This document shows, in pieces, positions 25,791 to 41,549 of a stretch of 64,000 bases of DNA; position 1 is the stretch's first letter, and the number at the start of each line of letters is the position of its first letter. Below the pieces are notes generated by a model. The model worked only from the letters and a program-made list of their open reading frames with translations, made no database searches and was not told the DNA's origin. Origin of the DNA: the human T2T-CHM13v2.0 reference genome, Homo sapiens; NCBI RefSeq assembly GCF_009914755.1, contig NC_060928.1; one strand, written 5' to 3'. A program made the position numbers and the translations under genes.

Positions 25791-26419
25791 GAAGGGTCTT
25801 AATGCTAGGGTGGGTGGTTTTGGCTTCTGTTCAAGTGAAATTTTTGCCCCACATTCCTTCTTCCAGAATTGCTCCTGTGGCCACCTCATCATGTAACCCT
25901 AAACTGTGCAAGCCATCATCGAAGTGGTAGATATTTTAAAAGTGTTACATTCTTTTAGAAATGAGCTCTACCTTGACTAAGCATGTACATCTTTTAGATG
26001 ACAATATACTAATAATGTGAAATTTTCAAGTAAAGCAGAAACCCATTTTAGAATGATAAGCACAAACTTATTGGGCCTTTTAATTCATGACAGAGTTGCC
26101 ACATGTCTGAGGTCAAATCTAAATGACCTGAATAATTTTACATGTCCTGTGAGTTTCAACAACACAAAATTGCAATTGTTTTTAAAAATGTATCTTTAAA
26201 AGGATAACTTGAAACCCAAAACAATAAACTTCCTATTTCTAACATTTTATAGAAGAAAAACATTTTAAAGTACTTCATTTTTAATAATAGCAACTTTCAA
26301 CATAATTTATTCCTGTAGGTTTAGTTTAAAACTAACAGAGATTACTAATTTTTTCTAAACTTGCAAATCATTTCCTCAACAGAAACATACTGTATGTTAT
26401 GAACTTTAAAAGATACAGT

Positions 26420-26645
26420 GGCTACTCTCCTTTGAAGAGTTTACTGTCTAGTGGGAGAGAGGAAAATACAAATAAATAATGGCAATGCAATGCGGTATGC
26501 ATTAAGTTCTCCAGGGGCGCAGCGGCAAGTCAAGGGTGAGGGTGTTGGGAAAAGCTCCTTAGAGAAGGTGACATTCGAGATCTATCAGGATTTGAAGATG
26601 TGGGAGAGAAGAAAGGAAGAGAGATGGTAGAAAAAAGCATTTCTG
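26420..26645 (-). mobile_element. L2 fragment
   Basis: gagtttactgtctagtgggaga...gggaaaagctccttagagaaggtgacatt. Confidence 0.6.
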
Positions 26646-27479
26646 AACTTTTTGACTAGACTTTTTTTCCTCCAGTAAATTTATTTTAGATACTTCAGCA
26701 AAATCTTGTTTTGTTCACAGTGCCGACAGAAGAATATGTAGTTGTTCTTCTGTAGCATCCCTAACCTTGGCCCTGGAAACTGTAAGACAGAACCCAGGTG
26801 ACACTCTATGATGACTGGTGCCAAGCCAGCAGATGGAAAACATTACTGAGCCAGTTCTACCCCAATGACTGGATGCCAGCATCCTGGTGTGAAAAATGAG
26901 GAGGGGGTCACAGGTCCATGTATCATAGAGCATGATGGTAAATGCCAATGGGGATGTTGTCAGGTGATTTGTGTTGTTGTCAGAAACACTTCCACTATAA
27001 TTTCTTGTTCTTCAAGGCTTTGGGAATAGGGAAAATATTATCCCTGGCAAGTTGGGAAAGGAGGCTGGACTGCAAAAGGATGTCAAATGTTAACTATTGA
27101 GAGATGCATGTAAAAAGGAACAAACATGGAAAAATGTTATTTTCTCTTACTGGGGGACTTAATTTACTTTTAAATTGATAGTGACAAAGAATAAGAACAC
27201 AGTATCTTTCTATTCCCCTCCACCTATAAGTCAGCCCTGAAAATATGCCTGATCCCCCATCTAGGGCCTCTAAGGTCATTGAAGGCTCACATTAAATCAG
27301 GCAGCAGTCTAAAAATAACGTGTGTTCCAATTATTCCTTTTTGCTTGCTTGGTTTTCTGAGAAATCTGTATATCTGTATTTATAGTATCATAAAGAGCTG
27401 CTTATCCTTTTCCATCTAGCAAATTGGAGGTCAGAAAATGAAGGGAAAATGCCTAATTGGGAGAATAGTCTAAGAGAGA

Positions 27480-27640
27480 AAGTTTAGGCCTTAGAGTTGG
27501 GAGAACTGGTTTTGGATCCCTGCTCTGCGTGGCCTTGGCAAGTTTTAAACTTTCTCCTGATCTCTAAAGAGGGGATTAATTCCTGCCAGACTACCTCACA
27601 GAGTAATTTAGAGATCAAAATAGAAATGAGATAATACTTA
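27480..27640 (+). mobile_element. MIR fragment
   Basis: gtggccttggcaagttttaaactttctc...acctcacagagtaatttagagatcaaa. Confidence 0.65.
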
Positions 27641-27734
27641 AGAGGCTGGTTGGTTGGCTAGAAGAAAATGCAACAAGAGTTAAGTTTTTTTCTTAATGTT
27701 AAGTAACAATAACAAAATAATAATTATAACTGTA

Positions 27735-27842
27735 GGGGTGTGGAGACTGACATTTTTATTCATTGCTTTATCCCTAGTGCTTGGCACAGTGCCTGGCACA
27801 TAGTAAGAGTGTGAGAATTATTTATTGTATAAATGAATGAAT
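27735..27842 (+). mobile_element. L2 3' end
   Basis: tatccctagtgcttggcacagtgcctggcacatagtaag...aaatgaatgaatg. Confidence 0.85.
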
Positions 27843-30800
27843 GGGGCGCCAAGGTAAATCTATAAAGCAGTGCTTCTACAGGCATTTTGAAAACTATCCA
27901 AAAGGCTAAAAGAGCCACATTAAACCTCTTTAGTGCATCACAGGCAATTGATTTAATTTATGGTGATCATGAGTTGTTGTTATCTTCTTGAGACCTTTGT
28001 GCATAGAGAGTTTAGGAAATACTTAGACTCATGGGTACGTGGGTCTAAATGTAAAACTAGACTCCAGGGAGGAAAAGTCCTTTCCTGTGATATTACATTT
28101 AATTTTGCAGCTACATCTCATTCCTTCATTCTGATTTGAATTTGCTCCCCCAAAGATGAATATTGCTAAGATGAGGAGTTGACATCTGCAATGGGTTGTG
28201 ACTCCAATTCAATGAATTCTCTATTCCAAAACTGCACTTTGGAAAACTTGGATATCAGTTTCCAAAGGTACACTTTGGAAAAAGGAATCATGAACCCATG
28301 TGAACCTGGCCCTAAAAATATTGGTATGGCCGTAGGAGGTACCAAGAATTCAGGAGGCTTAGCCCCTACTCACAGAGTGGTGTCTGGGTGGGCAGATTGC
28401 TGTGATATTAGACCCCTTCCTCTCCTCACAATCCCAAATTCTAACTAATCTTAGTTCTCACTTTTCTTTGGCTGCTAGGAAGCTGTGTCAAATCTAGATC
28501 AATCTCATCTATATAGGACATATGAATTTTATTTCATGAATTAAAGTCCATGATTTTCTTTATCATACCTTTAGCTTCACGTTTTCTATTCTCTTTTGCC
28601 CTGGTATTATCACTGTTTTTGTAGTCTGTTTCTCTGCAAACTGCTTTGGACGTCTTTTGGAATGAGGCATAGTATTAATAAATGCAACTGCAAGTGCTAG
28701 TCTCAGAGGTTTCTAGACTGAAACCTGAAGATGGACAGTAGCTCTGTTCAGTATGAGCTCTGTCACCACTGGATGACATACTCTTACCATGTGCAGTTAA
28801 TCATTTGAGGGAAAACTTCATCTCGACATTGAGAATGTGGGAGATTGGGGGTGGTGGTGGAGGGAAGCCCTACTGATGACAAGCCAGAGTTCTAGAGACA
28901 CTGTAATTCAAATGAATCTGAGGCTGGCTTGGAACACAAACTCCACAGTCAGCAGCAGCCTTATTCTTGGGCATCTAGAAACAACCAACCAATGGAAACC
29001 TGCTGGTTTCAAGAAGTCTGCTTTCATTAAATTCTTGTGGCTGCGCTTCTAAAACCCTGACACCAAGTGCTAGCCATCACAAGAAAACCTGAAGACTTGA
29101 AGATTCACTTACCTCCCCAAAAAGAAGGATTCTAGGCTAACATTTGGCCCCAGAAAAAATCCAAAGAAGTGGTGGCTGGCTCAATCTTTTCTTATTTAAC
29201 TCAAACTGGCTAACAAACACTGAACACCAAAGGCTTTTCATCCAGCTTGTCCCAGGTAATAGGTTGAGAGATGAGATTTAAAGCCCTGTTTTTAAGATGG
29301 CATAATCAACTTGGAGGAAGATATTGAAGAAATGGTTGTAGAGATGAAAAGAAGATTGAGGGGAAGTGACATAAAGTAGGCAAGCTATAAATAGTTGAAT
29401 GAATAGTTGCATGAATAAATGGTAGGCTAAGACACTATTGGTTCTTTCTAGATATTTGGTTTCACTTGTTTTGAAGACTGGCCATCCAGTGCCAAATTGA
29501 GACCACTACTTTCTGCCAAAATTCTAAAAAATAAAAATAAAATATTCCCATGTTTTTTTCAGCAATCATTAGGGATAGTACTTTTATTGAAAGGTGTTTA
29601 TGTCTCAGGCCTTTTTTTTTTTTTGCCTTCAGCCACTCCAAATAAGGTTTTCAGCTAACCCATGGGATGACGTTACTCTGAAGGGGTTCCAGAGTCCCTT
29701 TAACTCTGGTCCTGTTACCACCTCAATCATCACACATTGGCTCAGATTATCGCAGGGCCCAAGCATTTTGAAGAAAGCAGTCCTTGGTAACCTGAAGACA
29801 TTGACACAGCTTCTAAACCCCTCTTGACTCCCCCTAGAATATTAGCTTAGGCTCTGTGAGTATCCACTGCATTTGTCCCACTGGTTATACTCTACCTTAT
29901 CTATTCACAGATAAACAGGGCACATGTGATTAATCCAACCTGTGGGCATCTCCACGGCCCCTCTGTGTGGCTCTGCTGAAAGCTTCCATTACTATAGTTA
30001 CGAAAAAAAGGAATGGAATGAACAGAAGAAGGGGGTAAGAAATAGAGGGGAAGGTGGCTTAGCCCTTCTGGGTGGCCACATCTGAAACAGAAATCTATAC
30101 TTGGTCATATAATACCACATTCAGTTTTTCAAACTCTCAAATCACACTTATACAAATAAAAATATCTTTATTTCCAAGTTATCATGAATGAAGCACAGAT
30201 AGGGATATCCTTCTTACAATGAAATTAGAAAATCAACATTAAAATAAACATTCTTGTTAATCTATGAGAACATCTTTTAGTTTAATTGATGCCAAACAAC
30301 ATAGATACTTCCAAACCAAAAAACACATCAAAGAAAACATATATTCTCCATGCTGCTGATGGAGAATGCCTAGTAAGTACAATTTAGAGATCACACAGTA
30401 GGCAGATAGTTATTTCTCAATCTCTATCAGTTTATCAAAGCACAATTTTTCACTGCCAAAGTAGGACTCTTATGCTAATTTTTCACTCTTATGCCATCTC
30501 AGCATGTTCTGTTGTGATCTACCGACTATCCAAGAGCTGAATATTTCCATTATAAATGCTAAAAATTTGAGTTAAAAAAAGAGATTTTGAAAAAGCTATT
30601 CAATTGATGCGGGAAAAACTACCACATTGTGAGCTCCTGGAGGACGAGGCCCCTGTGGCCTGCTGCTGTGCACCACAGCACACACACAACATTTATTTAA
30701 CTGGAGTCACCTCATGGATCTTATGGACTGGATTTTTAAATAATAGTTTGTCAAAATGTAACCTCTGTTAAATACATGTATAAAACTAACATACTTGATT

Positions 30801-31134
30801 TCCACAGGGATAATTTCATATGTTAAAAGTTTCAAGAAATCTTTTTACTTAGACTGAATTATGTTCTTATCATGTACTTTCATGAACATGGATATGTAAA
30901 TGACTACGGTTTTTCATTTTTTTTTTCTTTCTCCTTCTCAGGAAAAATTTCATACAATTTTCCAGAAAAGTAAGCTATCACCACCAGAAAAACAACAACA
31001 ACAACAAAATAAGACACAGAAAAAACTAAAATTCTTTTTGTTAAACTGTGATTACAGAGTTTCTTCCACACTGTTTAAATTGCCCCTCAGTTCCACTCAG
31101 AGATTCTAGGAAACTCGCTGCTTTCAGGAGTAGA

Positions 31135-31340
31135 ATATTCCCATTGTAAAAGACATTTCAAGAATATCCAGTCCAAGTCCTGCATTTAGAAAGGAAAACT
31201 TGCCCAGAGCCCACTGCTAATTAGAGGCATAACTTAATTAAGTTCCACCAGGGCAGGAGTTATCACTGTGCTTCCGACGCCTAGCACAATGCCTGGTACA
31301 TGGTTGACATTCTATAGGTATTTGTTGGCTAAACAGATGA
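31135..31340. mobile_element. Adjacent MIR (about 31135-31230, -) and L2 3' (about 31235-31340, +) fragments
   Basis: acttgcccagagcc...ctaattagaggca; taagttccaccagggcagg...cctagcacaatgcctggtaca. Confidence 0.55.
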
Positions 31341-32446
31341 CTTAACATGAGATAAGAATGCTGCCTCCAATTTCCTAGTGCAGTCCTGCTACAGCAACAT
31401 AGCCACAAGGCCAGTTTTTAAATGATGCACTAAATGGGAAACAAGGATATCAGAGCCATGTTTGAAGATTAGCATTTTCAGGGCTGAATTAATCTTGCCA
31501 GCTAGGGACATGTGGATAAAATTACAGTGAGAACCCTGCAAATCCATACTGGCTTATCATCATGTAGCGTTTTAGGCAATCACTCTAGGAGCCAGATCCT
31601 TTTGGGTGTCTGAAATACTCCATAACTTCTAGACAACTAGAGTAGTAGTACTGCCATTACTTGAAGGTCACTCTAATAGGATACAGTGCAGGGCAAGCAG
31701 AAAAAACATAAAATGCAAACTTTTAAATTCAAACCATCATTTTTTCTTAAAAGGAAAAGGCAAGAAATGGAGAATGACAAATTCCAAAGTTGACAATGGT
31801 TACTAAACTCTTTCAGTTTTTTCCCTGCTAGTGAAAGTGTATAACTTCTCTGGCCAAATGATATGTGTACAAATTACTGTTTTGAAACAGCAATGAATTG
31901 CCTGTCACCCTAGTGACCTGATAGAGTTAATATACACCAAGGTAACAATCTCCTTAAGTTCCTAATTGACCACATTATCAGTGAACAGACCTGTCTTTTG
32001 TTGAGCTAGCCTCATCCAGAACCATGGGCTTTTTTCCCTGAAGGGTTCTAAACTCCAGAGTTCTGCAAACACATCCTCTCAGCTTACCCTGTTCTTCCCA
32101 TCCTTCCAGGCCTTGTTTGTCCACCCTCCTTCATGAGGTCTGCTCAGTTACCCAGCCCCACACACTTCTTTTTTTTTTTTGGCCACAGTCTGATGCACCT
32201 TCAGGAAAGAACTGGTCCAGCTCTGAAGTGTCCTGCGCAGTGATGTAGGTAAAGTGGGCTGACCTGCTCAGTGTTGGTTTTCCAACGTCCTTGGATAGGG
32301 TGATTAGAGAAATCTCTCCCAGCCCCAAGAGTCTATAACTCCACCTACTCTTTGCATTTGTTACTTTGGCAATTCTTTAAGTTCTTCACCTGGAAGTCTG
32401 GGAGTGATCTACAGAAGAGTATGAACAATTAATATACATATATTTA

Positions 32447-32801
<355 letters not shown>

Positions 32802-32875
32802 TTAAGATTTTATTTTTTTTTTCTTTATGGGATAGACTATGGTAGCAATATTAAAGTTTTAAGAAAAATATATGT

Positions 32876-33190
<315 letters not shown>

Positions 33191-33458
33191 AAGAAAAATA
33201 TGAGAGAAATGCTTAAAGTTTTATTCTTTAAATTCTTTTTGTTGTCAAATTAGACAAAATACTGCCAATATTTTATTTTATTGATAACAAATATAAACAT
33301 ACCTTGGAAAAACTAGGTAAAATTATTTGTAGGCTAATTCTTTGTGAATCATACTATAGTACTCCTTCTCTCTCCCATGGATATATGTTCTCTGTTCAAC
33401 ACAATCAAGGAGGAACTATGTCTTATTTTTTCGGTGATTTCCTCATATTATGGCTCAA

Positions 33459-33546
33459 TGCTACTTATTCAATAGAGTGCTTCTTATTCAATAGAGTGCT
33501 TCTTATTCAATAGAGATGGAATGCTTCTTATTCAATAGAGATGGAA
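33459..33546 (+). repeat. Short tandem array: 19-mer tgcttcttattcaatagag x4, last two copies each followed by atggaa
   Basis: Units at 33459, 33478, 33497 and 33522; only one mismatch (first unit). Confidence 0.95.
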
Positions 33547-34556
33547 GAAAAGGGAGAGAGGGAAGGATAGAGGGAGAGAGTAAGAAGAAAAAAAGAAGAG
33601 GAAGAAAGCTCTTCCCCGGGGTTTTAAGTTTTCCCTGGTCAAGTATTTTATGGGTTAAGTATAAAGGGGGAGTGACTACCAGGCTCTTTTCAAGCTTGCC
33701 AAACTAAGTTTTTTTCTCAATTCTACCACAAAGCTGAATCAGTTACTTGATGAAATGTTCTCAGGACTTTTGAAGGTTAAGTAGGACCAGTGCATAGTAA
33801 GCTGGCACACTGGAGGTGAGAGACAAGTAGGCAAGCAGGTTATTTTCTGAACCATTTCATTGACAAACGCATGTTACACATATTTTATAGCTTGCTTTGA
33901 AATCTTGCTGGTTGAAACGAAAAAGATGGCAGTTTCTAGTACTCCATTCCAGTACAAAGAAGGCAAGCTTTTAGTAACAAAAATAATTCTATTCTTTTTG
34001 GCTTAAACAAATATCGAGCTGTAAAATTTTTCTTGTGATGTGTGGTATGTGTGTGTATTTAAGAGGAAATTATTCTGTAATTTCACACTTTCCCTTTTAG
34101 GAAGAATCTGGAAAAGTTTATGCCAATCTTCATCTTTGGAAAAATCTTACGAAAAAAAAAATTTAAACAAAGGTGTGCAAAAATTGCTTTTCCTTAACTT
34201 TGTTCTTCTACCCCGTCCAACCCTGGTGAGTTCCACTTTCTACTAAACTGCTCCAAGAGGCAAGAGGGGAATGAGGCAAGGCCTTCTGGTAAACAGGTGG
34301 TCAGAGGCCCAGAAAGCAAGATAGAAGCTCTAATATTTTCTTTCTTTTCTTTCTTTAGATCATATTGTACATGCACTCCACCTTGAAGACCTGTGCCTTA
34401 AACAATTCGAGTTTCTATAACTTGAATTTAACTAAAAGATGTGTTCATTTTGACTTCATTAAGCTATAAACAACAACATGGTCTAAAGGGGTTTGGGAAC
34501 TTCATTTCTTGGGTAAATTTAGAAGCACTATGGTAGGTCTTTAAAATTCTTAACTC

Positions 34557-35937
<1,381 letters not shown>

Positions 35938-36205
35938 CAGGAGAGCTCTGGCTGGCATCTGGTAGGTGCCCCTGTGGGATGAAGCTTCCAGAGGAAAGTC
36001 AGCAATCTTTGCTGTTCTGCAGCCTCCACTGGTGATACCCAGGCAAACAGGGTCAGGAATGGACCTCCAACAAACTCCAGCAGACTGGCAGCAGAAGGGC
36101 TTGTTAGAAGGGAAACTAACAAGCAGAAAGGAAGAGCACATCCACTCAAAGACCCCATCTGAAGGTTACCAACATCAAATACCAAAGATAGCTAAATCCA
36201 CAAAG

Positions 36206-37259
36206 ATGGGGAGAAACCAGTGCAAAAAGGATGAAAATTCCAAAAACCAGAAGGCCTCTTCTCCTCTAAAAGGCCTCTTCTCCTCTAAAGGATCACAACT
36301 CCTTGCCAGCAAGGGAACAAAACTTGACGTAGAATAAGTTTGACAAACTGACAGAAATAGGCTTCAGAATGTGGGTAATAACAAACTCCTCTTAGCTAAA
36401 GGAGCATGTTCTAACCCAATGTAAGGAAGCTAAGAACCATGACAAAGACAAAAGTTTAGACGAACTGCCCACTAGAATAACCAGTTTAGAGAAGAACATA
36501 AATGACCTGATGTAGATGAAAAACACAGCACGAGAACTTCATGAACCATACACAAGTTTCAATAGCCAAATTGATCAAACGGAAGAAAGGATATCAATGA
36601 TTGAAGATCAACTTAATGAAATAAACAGTTAAGACAAGATTAGAGAAAAAAAGAATGAAAAGGAATGAACAAAGCCTCTAAGAACTATGGGACTAGGTGA
36701 AAAGACCAAATCTATGTTTAATTGGTATACCTGAAAGTGACGAGGAGAATGGAACCAAGGTGGAAAACATACTCTTCAGGATATCATCCAGGAGAACTTC
36801 CCCAACCTAGCAAGACAGGCCAACATTCAAATTCAGGAAATACAGAGAACACCACAAAGATACTCCTAGAGAAGAGCAACTCCAAGACATGCAATCATCA
36901 GATTCACCAAGGTTGAAATGAAGGAAAAAATGTTAAGGGCAGCCAGGCAGAAAGGTCGGGTTACCCACAAAGGGAAGCCCATCAGAGTAACAGTGGATCT
37001 CTTGGCAGAAACTCTACAAGCCAGAAGAGAGTGGGGGCCAATATTCAACATTCTTAAAGAAAAGAATTTTCAACCCAGAATTTCATATCCAGCCAAATTA
37101 AGCTTCATAAGTGAAGGAGAAATAAAATCCTTTACAGATAAGCAAAAGCTGAGAGATTTTGTCACCACCAGGCATGCCTTACAAGAGCTCCTGAAGGAAG
37201 CACTAAACATGGAAGGGAACAATCGGTACCAGCCACTGCAAAAACATACCAAATTGTAA
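36206..37259 (+). pseudogene. L1 ORF1p (RNA-binding chaperone), disrupted
   Basis: ATG GGG AGA AAC at 36206; C-terminus KEKNFQPRISYPAKLSF...QPLQKHTKL; 19-bp duplication frameshift and in-frame stops. Confidence 0.92.
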
Positions 37260-37322
37260 AGACCATTGACACTATGAAGAAAATGCATCAAGTAATGGAC
37301 AAAATAACCAGCTAGCATCATA

Positions 37323-40300
37323 CTGACAGGATCAAATTCACACATAACAATATTAACCTTAAAGGTAAATAGGCTAAATGCCCCCAATTAAAAGACATCG
37401 ACTAGCAAATTGGATAAAGAGTCAAGACCCATCAGTGTGCTGTATTCAGGAGACCCATCTCACCTGCAAAGACACACATAAGCTCAAAATAAAGGGATGG
37501 AGGAATATTTACCAAGCAAATGTAAAGCAAAACAAAAACAAAAACAAACAAAAAACAAAAAACAGGGGTTGCAATCCTAATCTCTGATAAAACAGACTGA
37601 CTTTAAACCAACAAAGATCAAAAGAGACAAAGAAGGGTATTACATAACGGTAAAGGGATCAATGCAGCAAGAAGAGTGAACTATCCTTAATATATATGCA
37701 CCCAATACACAAGCACCCAGATTCATAAAGCAAGTTATTAGGCCTACAAAGAGACTTAGACTCCCACACAATAATAGTAGGAGACTTTAACAAACCCTTG
37801 TCAATATTAGACAGATCAATGAGACAGAAAATTAACAAGGATATTCAGGACTTGGACTCAGTTCTGGACCAAGCAGACCTAATAGACATCTACAGAACTC
37901 TCCACCCCAAATCAACAGAATATATACTCTTCTCAGCACCTCATTGCACATATTCTAAAATTGACCACATAATTGAAAGTGAAACACTCCTCAGGAAATG
38001 CAAAAGAATGGAAATCAGAACAAACAGTCTCTCAGACCACAGTGCAATCAAATTAGAAATCAGAATTAAGAAACTCACTCAAAACTGCCTAACTACATGG
38101 AAACTTAGCAACCTGCTTCTGAATGACTACTGGGTAAATAACGAAATGAAGGCAGAAATAAAGATGTTCTTTGAAACCACTGAGAAAGAAGACACAACAT
38201 ACCAGAATCTCTAGGACACATTTAAAGCAATGTGTAGAGGGAAATGTATAGCACCAAATGCCCACAAGAGAAAGGAGGAAAAATCTAAAATTGACATCCT
38301 AACATCAAAATTAAAAGAACTAGAGAAGCAAGAGCAAACAAATTCAAAAGCTAGCAGAAGACAAGAAATAACTCAGATCAGAGCAGAACTGAAGGAGATA
38401 GAGACACGAAAAATCCTTCAAAAAATCAATGAATCCAGGAGCTAGCTTTTTCAAAAGAACAACAAAATAGATAGACCACTAGCCAGAATAATAAAGAAGA
38501 AAAGAGAGAAGAATCAAATAGATGCAATAAAAAAAGATATAGGGGATATCACCACTGATCCCACAGAAATACAAACTACCATCAGAAAATACTATAAACA
38601 CTTCTATGCAAATAAACTAGAAAATCTAGAAAAAATGGATAAATTCCTGGACACAACACCCTCCCAAGTCTAAACCAGGAAGAAATCGAATCCCTGAATA
38701 AAGCATAACAAGTTCTGAAATTGAGGCAATAACAGCCACCCAACCAAAAAAAGTCCAGGACCAGACAGATTCATAGCCGAATCCTACCAGAGGTACAAAG
38801 AGGAGCTGGTACCATTCTTTCTGAAACTATTCCAAGCAACAGAAATAGAGGGAATCCTCCCTAACTCATTTTATGAGGCCAGAATCATCCTGATACCAAA
38901 ACCTGGCAGAGACACAACAAAAAAAGAAAATTTCAGGCCAATATCCCTGATGAACATCGATGCGAAAATCCTCAATAAAATACTGGCAAACTAAACCCAG
39001 CAGCACATCAAAAAGCTTATCCACCATGATCAAGTTGGCATCATCCCTGGGATGCAAGACTGATTCAACATATGCAAATCAATAAACGTAATCCATCACA
39101 TAAACAGAACCATAACCAATCACACAATCACTATATGATTATCTCAATAGATATGCAGAAAAGGCCTTCAACAAAATTCAACACCCCTTCATGCCAAAAA
39201 CTCTCAATAAACTAGGTATTGATGGGATGTATCTCAAAATACTAAGAGCTATTTATGACAAACCCACAACCAATATCATACTGAATGGGCAAAAACTGGA
39301 AGCATTCCCTTTGAAAACCAGCACAAAACAAGGATGCCCACTCTAACCACTCCTATTCAACACAGTGTTGGAAATTCTGGCCAGGGCAATCAGGCAAGAG
39401 AATGAAATAAAGAGTATTCAAATAGGAAGAGAGGAAGTCAAATTGTCTCTGTTTGCAGATGACATGATTGTATATTTAGAAAACCCCATCATCTCAGTCC
39501 AAGATCTCCTTAAGTTGATAAGCAACTTCAGCAATGTTTCAGGATACAAAATCAATGTGCAAAGATCACAAGCATTCCTATACACCAATAACAGACAAAC
39601 AGAGAGCCAAATTATGAGTGAACTCCCATTCCCAATTGCTACAAAGGGAATAAAATACCTAGGAATCCAACTTACAAGGGATGTGAAGGACCTCTTCAAG
39701 GAGAACTACAAACCACTGCTCAACGAAATAAAAGAGGACACAAACAAATGTAAGAACATTCCATGCTCATGGATAGGAAGAATCAGTATTGTGAAAATGG
39801 CCATACTGCCCAAAGTAATTTATACATTCAATGCTATCCCCATCAAGCCTCCACTGACTTTCTTCACAGAATTGGAAAAAACTATTTTAAACTTCATATG
39901 GAACCAAAAAAGAGGCCACATAGCCAAGACAATTCTGGGCAAGAAGAACAAACCTGGAGGCATCACGCTACCTGACTTCAAACTAGACTGCAAGGCCACA
40001 GTAACCAAAACAGCATGGTACTGGTACCAAAACAGAGATATAGACCAATGGAACAGAACAGAGCCTCAGAAATAACACCACACATCTACAACCATCTGAT
40101 CTTTGACAAACCTGACACAAAAAAGCAATGGCAAAAAGATTCCCTATTTAATAAATGGTGTTGGGAAAAACTGGCCAGCCATATGCAGAAAACTAAAACT
40201 GGATCCCTTCCTTAAACCTTAAGCAAAAATTAACTCAAGATGGATCAAAGACCTAAACATAAGACCTAGGACCATAAAAATCCTAGGAGAAAACCTGGGC

Positions 40301-41549
40301 AATACCACTCAGGACATAGGCATGGGCAAAGACTTCATGTCTAAAACACCAAAAGCAATGGCAACAAAAGCCAAAATTGACAAATGGGATCTCATTAAAC
40401 TAAAGAGCTTCTGCACAGCAAAAGAAACTATCATCAGAGTGAACAGGTAACCTACACAATGGGAGAAAATTTCTGCAATCTATCCATCTGACAAAGGGCT
40501 AATATCCAGAATCTACAAAGAACTTCAACAAATTTACAACAAAAAAACAAACAACCCCATCAAAAAGTGGGCGAAGGATATGAACAGACACTTCTCAAAA
40601 GAAGACATTTATGCAGCCAACAGACATATGAAAAAATGCTTATCATCACTGGTCATTAGAGAAATGCAAATCAAAACCACAATGAGATACCATCTCACGC
40701 CAGCTAGAATGGCGATCATTAAAAAGTCAGGAAACAACAGATACTGGGGAGGGTGTGGAGAAATAGGAATGCTTTTACACTGTTGCTGGGAGTGTAAATT
40801 AGTTCCACCATTGTGGAAGACAGTGTGGCGATTCCTCAAGGATCTAGACCTAGAAATACCATTGACCCAGCAATCCCATTACTAGGTATATACCCAAAGG
40901 ATTATAAATCATTCTACTACAAAGGCACATGCACCCATATCGTTTTTGTTTTTATTTTATTTTATTTTATTTATTTTATTATTATTATACTTTAAGTTCT
41001 AGGGTACATGTGCACAATGTGCAGGTTTGTTACATAGGTATACACGTGCCATGTTGGTTTGCTGCACCCATCAACTCGTCATTTACATTAGGTATTTCTC
41101 CTAATGCTATCCCTCCCCCAGCCCCCAATCCCCTGACCAGCCCTGGTGTGTGATGGTCCCCGCCCTGTGTCCATGTGTTCTCATTACTCATTCCCACTTA
41201 CGTGTGACAACATGTAGTGTTTGGTAGTCTGTCCTTGTGATAGTTTGCTTAGAATGATGGTTTCCAGCTTCATCCATGTCCCTGCAAAGGACATGAATGT
41301 ACATGTATATTTATTGTGGCACTGTTCACAATAGCAAAGATTTGGAACCAACGCAAATGTCCATCAATAGTAGACCGGATAAAGAAAATGTGGCACAAAT
41401 ACACCCTGGAATACTATGCATCCATAAAAAAGGATAAGTTCATGTCCTTTGCAGGGACATGGATGAAGCTGGAAACCATCATTCTCAGCAAACTATCACA
41501 AGAACAGAAAGCCAAATACCACATGTTCTCACGCAAAAGTGGGAGTTGA
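37323..41549 (+). pseudogene. L1 ORF2p (endonuclease/reverse transcriptase), disrupted
   Basis: Start codon mutated (ctgacaggatcaaattca); EN motifs CCIQETHL and SDHSAIKLE; RT motif LFADDMIVY at about 39449-39475; many stops and frameshifts plus a nested L1 insertion. Confidence 0.93.
40943..41297 (-). mobile_element. 5'-truncated L1PA5/6-like 3' end inserted antisense into the L1PA7
   Basis: T-rich tail, then tatactttaagttctagggtacatgtgcacaatgtgcagg...ccatgttggtttgctgcacccatcaactcgtcatttac; degenerate TSD tgcacccatat / tgtacatgtat. Confidence 0.92.

Noticed and set aside
29385-29394. Perfect MEF2 motif CTATAAATAG and scattered CTAAAAATAA sites
   Set aside because: Isolated AT-rich motifs expected at this base composition
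30920-30975. Plus-strand 28-nt exon-like signal (ttctcag|...aaa|gtaagc)
   Set aside because: Not frame-preserving, AT-rich, no supporting neighbours; expected by chance
33459-33546. Repeat array superficially like CRISPR
   Set aside because: Eukaryotic DNA, no unique spacers, no cas genes; a simple tandem repeat
39365-40075. Longest ORF (236 aa) with RT motif FADD
   Set aside because: A fragment of the disrupted L1PA7 ORF2; no intact start, surrounded by stops and frameshifts; not a host gene or active element
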